From Spirochaetia bacterium (GTDB lineage Bacteria > Spirochaetota > Spirochaetia > SZUA-6 > Bin103), in the NCBI GenBank assembly GCA_965203905.1, contig CBDBDQ010000005.1:3584001-3648000 (forward strand): DNA of 64,000 nt. Reading direction: 5' to 3'. Below, one piece after another: positions 59,182-64,000 of this stretch. The translations under genes were made by a program, and so were the position numbers. The notes beneath the pieces were generated by a model, which saw nothing but the letters and a program-made list of their open reading frames with translations, ran no database searches and had not been told where the DNA came from. Each line of letters opens with the position of its first letter. Position 1 is the first letter of the stretch.

Positions 59182-62127
59182 TTGCCCGGCGACGGCGTGC
59201 GGCCCGCGCCTTCGCTGGAGTTGCAGGCGGAGTTGGATGAGGAGATCGCCGCCGTAACTGGCTGGGAGACCTGGCGGGTGGACGTGGCGGAGGTTGCCGA
59301 CCCCCTCGCAATGCTTCGCGCGCTCGATCAGCGCACGCAAGTGACGCCGCGCACGGGTGTGGCGCAGGGTATCCGGATCGCGGACGATTTGCGCTTCTGG
59401 AGCCGCTTGGCGGCGAGCTTCGAGCGGGGCGTCCGCCACCACGAGTATCTGCCGGCGATCTACGCGGCGCAACCGGAGGCTCCGCCGGCGCGGCAGGCGC
59501 GCGGCAACCGCCGCAGGAAGGTCCGCAAGAGTACCGTTCGGTTCGAAGCGGGCTGGGAATTTTCTGCCACCGCGGAGGAGAGCATCGTGGAGCCATTCGC
59601 CCGCGCGATGCCGGGGGCGTGCCGGGCGCTGTGGGCGGCAGCGTCTCCAAAGAGCGGAGAGGATCCCGAGTTGCACGAGCCGCGGGCTCTCCTGCGCCAC
59701 TTCCTGGCAGTGCATCTGCACCGGTTTGTTGGCGGCACGCGTTTTACGCAGTCGGTGTTGAAGAGCGTCCAAGGGTCGTTTCTGGTGCATGCGCTGCCGC
59801 CGGCTGCGTCCGCTCGCCCGGTCGAACGGAATCACGAGGCCCCTATCGGTGAGCACACCTGGGTGCAGTGGCGGCGCTGGCGCGACCGCATGCGGCGGTC
59901 GGCGCTCGCCGCGGACGAACGGGTCTGCTTCCGTCTGGCTGATGCGAAGGGCGGGTCGCCCGACACTTGGCGCCTCGAATGGCTCCTGTCATCGCGCCGC
60001 GATCCGTCACTGCTGATTCCGCTCGCCGACTATTGGGGATCCGGGAACTCCGAGCGGCCGGCGGCGCGCAGCGTGCGCGAGGTCCTGCTGCAACTGGGGC
60101 AGGCTGCGCGCATCTACGCCAAGCTCTGGGAAGGCATGGACAGCGAGGCTCCTGCAGAAGTGGTCCTGGATCGCGCCGAGGCGCTCGGATTCCTGCGCCA
60201 GCAGGCCCCGATCCTGCAAGGAGCGGGGTTCCGGGTGATCGTGCCGGCGTGGTGGACCGTGACCGGCCAGCGGCGCCTGCGCCTGCGCTTGACGTCGCGG
60301 AGCTCGGGCGGCGCAGCCACTGCCGGAACCGAGTCGCCGGCAACACTGGGTTTCGACACGCTGCTCGCGTTCAATGCGCAGGTAGTCCTGGACGGCGAGC
60401 CGATCACCGCGAGCGAGTGGCAAACCATCGTTGCGGCAAAGGAAGGTCTGGTCCGGCTGCGCGGGCAGTGGATGGAGTTGCGCGGCGACGAGGTATCACG
60501 TCTGGAAGAGTACTGGGCGGCCGATGCCGGTTCGCAGACCATGACGGTGGCCGACCTGTTGCGCGCCGAGGCTGGTTCCGACGCCCTCGAAGTCGTCTGC
60601 GAAGGCGCCGTCGGCCGCATGCTCGCCGTACTGCGCGGCACCGGCTCGCTGGAAATGCTCGACCAGCCCGCCGGGTTCGCGGGCGAGTTGCGCGGCTACC
60701 AGGTGCGCGGGTTTTCCTGGCTGGCGTACCTGGAGCGCTTCGGCTTCGGAGCATGCCTGGCCGACGACATGGGGTTGGGGAAGACCATTCAGGTGCTGGC
60801 GGCGGTGCTGCAGGACAAGGCGCGAAACCCCGATGCCGGGCCCACTCTGCTCATCGCACCCACTTCGGTGGTCGGGAACTGGCAGCGCGAAACGAGGCGC
60901 TTCGCACCAACGCTCGCCACCTGCCTCCACCACGGGCCGCAGCGGGTCAGGACCAGGGAGGCCTTCGAGGAAGCGATTCGGGGCATCGACATTGTCGTTG
61001 CCTCGTTCGGAGTCGCCCGGTTGGACGCATCGGTCCTGCAGAGGGTGCGCTGGTGGCGCCTCGTCGTGGACGAGTCTCAGAACGTCAAGAACCCCACGGC
61101 GGCAGTGACCAAGGCAATCCGCGGCATCCCGGCGCCGCGGCGCATCGCCCTGACCGGCACTCCCGTCGAGAACCGGCTGATGGACCTGTGGTCGCTATTC
61201 AGCGTGCTCAATCCCGGCTTCCTGGGAACCATGGCCGAGTTTCGCAAGAACCTGGAGCGGCCGATCATGCGCGAACGCAATCGTGCGGCGACCGAGCGTC
61301 TGCGCAGCCTGGTGCGCCCGTTCATCCTGCGCCGCATGAAGACCGACCGGGCGATCATCAAGGATCTGCCCGACAAGGTCGAACAGAACTCCTACTGCAA
61401 TCTGACTCCCGAGCAAGCCACCCTGTATGAAGCGGTTGTCCGCGACCTGGAAGCGAAGCTCGAGGACGCCGACGAGGGCGGGCGCCAGGGGCTGCTGCTC
61501 TCCACACTGCTGCGCTTGAAGCAGATCTGCAACCATCCGGCGCAGTTTCTCCAGGATGCCAGCGAGTTCAGCGAGACACGTTCGCACAAGCTCGCGCGCG
61601 TTTGCGAGATGCTCGACGAGATCGAGGCCGAGCGCGAATCGGTGCTGGTATTCACTCAGTTCACGGAAATCGGCAAGTTGCTGGAAGCCCTGTTCCGCCG
61701 GCGCTACGGCGGCGCGGTCTACTACCTGCATGGCGGCACGCCGCGGGCACGGCGAGAGCACATGGTGGAAGAGTTCCAGGATCCCGATACCGAGCCGGCG
61801 ATCTTCGTGCTGTCGTTGCGTGCCGGCGGCACCGGTATCACGCTGACGCGGGCGAATCACGTCATTCACTTCGATCGCTGGTGGAATCCCGCCGTCGAGA
61901 ATCAGGCCACGGATCGCGCCTACCGCATAGGGCAGCGCAACAGCGTGTTCGTCCACAAGATGGTGACCATGGGCACGCTCGAGGAGCGCATCGACGAGTT
62001 GATCGAGTCCAAGAAGAAGCTGGCGGAGGATATCGTGGGCGGCGACGAGTCGTGGCTGGCGAATCTGGACAACGACGCCTTTCGCCAGTTGATCGCGCTG
62101 GACCGCGGCGACGCGGTGGTAGGCTGA
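59182..62127 (+). CDS. SNF2-family helicase-like ATPase (N-terminal ~70 codons frameshifted off)
   Basis: LRGYQ, LADDMGLGKT, DESQ, LTGTPVEN, LKQICNHP, FTQF, GITLTRA, DRWWNPAVENQATDRAYRIGQ. Confidence 0.92.
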   Translation: MPGDGVRPAPSLELQAELDEEIAAVTGWETWRVDVAEVADPLAMLRALDQRTQVTPRTGVAQGIRIADDLRFWSRLAASFERGVRHHEYLPAIYAAQPEAPPARQARGNRRRKVRKSTVRFEAGWEFSATAEESIVEPFARAMPGACRALWAAASPKSGEDPELHEPRALLRHFLAVHLHRFVGGTRFTQSVLKSVQGSFLVHALPPAASARPVERNHEAPIGEHTWVQWRRWRDRMRRSALAADERVCFRLADAKGGSPDTWRLEWLLSSRRDPSLLIPLADYWGSGNSERPAARSVREVLLQLGQAARIYAKLWEGMDSEAPAEVVLDRAEALGFLRQQAPILQGAGFRVIVPAWWTVTGQRRLRLRLTSRSSGGAATAGTESPATLGFDTLLAFNAQVVLDGEPITASEWQTIVAAKEGLVRLRGQWMELRGDEVSRLEEYWAADAGSQTMTVADLLRAEAGSDALEVVCEGAVGRMLAVLRGTGSLEMLDQPAGFAGELRGYQVRGFSWLAYLERFGFGACLADDMGLGKTIQVLAAVLQDKARNPDAGPTLLIAPTSVVGNWQRETRRFAPTLATCLHHGPQRVRTREAFEEAIRGIDIVVASFGVARLDASVLQRVRWWRLVVDESQNVKNPTAAVTKAIRGIPAPRRIALTGTPVENRLMDLWSLFSVLNPGFLGTMAEFRKNLERPIMRERNRAATERLRSLVRPFILRRMKTDRAIIKDLPDKVEQNSYCNLTPEQATLYEAVVRDLEAKLEDADEGGRQGLLLSTLLRLKQICNHPAQFLQDASEFSETRSHKLARVCEMLDEIEAERESVLVFTQFTEIGKLLEALFRRRYGGAVYYLHGGTPRARREHMVEEFQDPDTEPAIFVLSLRAGGTGITLTRANHVIHFDRWWNPAVENQATDRAYRIGQRNSVFVHKMVTMGTLEERIDELIESKKKLAEDIVGGDESWLANLDNDAFRQLIALDRGDAVVG

Positions 62128-62143
62128 CGAGGAGGGCGGCGCA

Positions 62144-63022
62144 TTGGCAGGGCAGAGCAAGACGTGGTGGGGTGAGGAGTTCCTGAACGCCCTGGAGAGC
62201 TGCATGGACGCCGGCCGGCTGTCGAGAGGGAGAAGCTACGCCGCGCCGCGCAGACGGGCGGAGTTCTCGATTCGGCAGGGCAAGATCGAAGCCACGATGG
62301 TCGGCAACATCAATCCCCATTTCGGCGTCTACGAGACCCCTTACTACGCCGTGAAAATCGAGTTCGAGAAGGTCGGCGCCGCGCACTGGAAAGCAATCCT
62401 AGGGCGATTGGGATCCAATGCGGACTGGGTAACGCATCTGATTCTGGGGGAGGTCCCGCCCACTATCGAGAAGGCGTTCGCCGGCTCGAGCGTCAAGCTG
62501 CTGCCGCGAACGGGCCAGGAGATTCGTTCGTCCTGCTCCTGTCCGGACTGGGCCAATCCGTGCAAGCACGTGGCGGGCGTGTACTGCCACGTCGCGGCGC
62601 TGCTGGACCGCGATCCCCTGTTGCTGTTCGAGCTGCGGGGCATGGATCGCTTGCAACTCCGGCAGGCCGTCTCGCGATCCGAATTCGGCGCGGCGTTGCT
62701 CGGCGATGCTGGCGCGGGAGATCCCGATCTTGCGGCGGCAGTGCGGGAACCGCGCTTCCCCGCGGTGGCGGTGAGCGGCAGCGATACCCCCGCCTCCGAC
62801 CTGCGGGCGTTCTGGCGCGGGAGGCCGCTGCCGCGAGAGGTGACGGCGGGGGGTGAGGCCCCGCCAGTCTCCGGCCTGCTGCTGCGCCGGGAGGGCGACT
62901 ATCCCGAGTTTTGGCACCGCAACACCTCGTTCATTGAGGCGATGGCGGCAGTGTACGAGCGCGTCGCAAAGGGGATTCCGCCGAAATCCGCCGAAGCTCT
63001 TCCCGACGGCCGACTTCAATGA
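62144..63022 (+). CDS. SWIM zinc-finger protein (SNF2-associated)
   Basis: TWWG...GRLSRGRSY; CSCPDWANPCKH; DPLLLFELRG; GGAGG RBS. Confidence 0.92.
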   Translation: MAGQSKTWWGEEFLNALESCMDAGRLSRGRSYAAPRRRAEFSIRQGKIEATMVGNINPHFGVYETPYYAVKIEFEKVGAAHWKAILGRLGSNADWVTHLILGEVPPTIEKAFAGSSVKLLPRTGQEIRSSCSCPDWANPCKHVAGVYCHVAALLDRDPLLLFELRGMDRLQLRQAVSRSEFGAALLGDAGAGDPDLAAAVREPRFPAVAVSGSDTPASDLRAFWRGRPLPREVTAGGEAPPVSGLLLRREGDYPEFWHRNTSFIEAMAAVYERVAKGIPPKSAEALPDGRLQ

Positions 63023-63125
63023 GGTTCGGAACACGAAGCTGTATGGCTTGCCAAGCAGCGCGAGCCATTCGTCGCCGTCGTGCTCTCGGCCGCATCGAAG
63101 GCACCTTGTACTCGGCATGGGTCGG

Positions 63126-64000
63126 TCAAGGAACTTCGCGCGGCGGGCCGTAGCGGGGGATGCCGTAGAGCGCCTTGCGGCGGCGGACGAAATCGCGGTC
63201 GCGGGCCAGTGCGGCTTCCCCGATGCGGTCCGGGTCGTGGAACCACGGGCGGCGCTCGGCCATGCGCGCCCGGATTCTGGCGCGCACCTCCGCGCTCGGC
63301 TCCGGCAGCGGGCTGCGGTTGGCCGCGGGATCGTCGGGCCATCGCCAGGCGCCGGAGAAGTCGTAGTGGCCGAACGGGCCGTAGAACGGCATGCGGAACC
63401 CGATGGTGCTCTTCACGCCGAGTTCGATGTCCTCGGCGGTGGCCACCCCCTCGGCCCACAGGCGCAGCGCCTCGCGCGACAGGGCCGCCGACAGGCGGTT
63501 GATCAGGTAGCCGGGCAGCTCGCGCCGGACCGGAATCGGTATCCTGCCGGTGCGCCGCATCAGCTCGCACATGATCTCGTAGGTCGCGTCGCTGGTGTGC
63601 GCGCCCCTCGCCACCTCCACGCCGGGCACGATGTGCGGCGGCACGAAGTAGTGGGTCAGCCCGGTCCGATCCTGCCGCTCGACGTGCACGGCGATGTCGC
63701 CGAGCATCAGGCCGGAGGTGTTGCTGACCACGATGCAGCCGGGCGCGCACAGCCGGTCCAGGGCACCGAACAACTCCTGCTTGTCGGCCAGGCGCTCCAC
63801 GATCGCCTCGGTAATGAAATCGCTGTGCGCGGCCAGCCGTTCGAGGTCGGTGGTGGTGTCGATCCGAGCGGCGGCCTGATCGGCCTGCTGCCCGGTGACC
63901 AGACCCTCTTCCACGAACAAATCCAGCGCCGCCCGCACCTTGGCCAGCGACCGCTCCAGGATCTCGTCGGTCAGGTCGTAGATCAGCGTCGGGTAGCCGG
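63126..64000 (-). CDS. 3-hydroxyacyl-CoA dehydrogenase family (5' end lies outside the window)
   Basis: ITEAIVE...KQ, VSNTSG, THYFVPPH, PGYLINRL, YGPF. Confidence 0.88.
   Translation of the reverse strand, partial: GYPTLIYDLTDEILERSLAKVRAALDLFVEEGLVTGQQADQAAARIDTTTDLERLAAHSDFITEAIVERLADKQELFGALDRLCAPGCIVVSNTSGLMLGDIAVHVERQDRTGLTHYFVPPHIVPGVEVARGAHTSDATYEIMCELMRRTGRIPIPVRRELPGYLINRLSAALSREALRLWAEGVATAEDIELGVKSTIGFRMPFYGPFGHYDFSGAWRWPDDPAANRSPLPEPSAEVRARIRARMAERRPWFHDPDRIGEAALARDRDFVRRRKALYGIPRYGPPREVP

Noticed and set aside
59182-63022. SNF2 plus SWIM as a novel system
   Set aside because: This is a well-known conserved bacterial gene pair.

Overview
High-GC bacterial window. The transporter signal peptides and the expanded PhyH, CRTAC1, CoA-transferase and peptide-ABC genes suggest a host-associated (possibly sponge) Spirochaetaceae-like organism; this is inference only. 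About 50 genes and pseudogenes are present. The window holds catabolic and redox enzymes, an HNH nuclease, an AlkZ-like glycosylase, a SNF2/SWIM pair and three peptide/nickel-type ABC clusters that sit in visibly lower-GC blocks. About nine toxin-antitoxin (TA)-like modules occur. In three the toxin is broken while the antitoxin is intact, and one further antitoxin has no partner. The most unusual region is 48.5-57.2 kb, where TA modules and an ABC cluster are bounded by three distinct pairs of inverted repeats (one nested), next to a ~124-bp tandem array, with no transposase or recombinase in the window. Internal deletions and 1-bp frameshifts point to genome erosion, though assembly error is not excluded. 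Several genes appear to have leaderless promoters. No rRNA, tRNA or CRISPR array was recognised.
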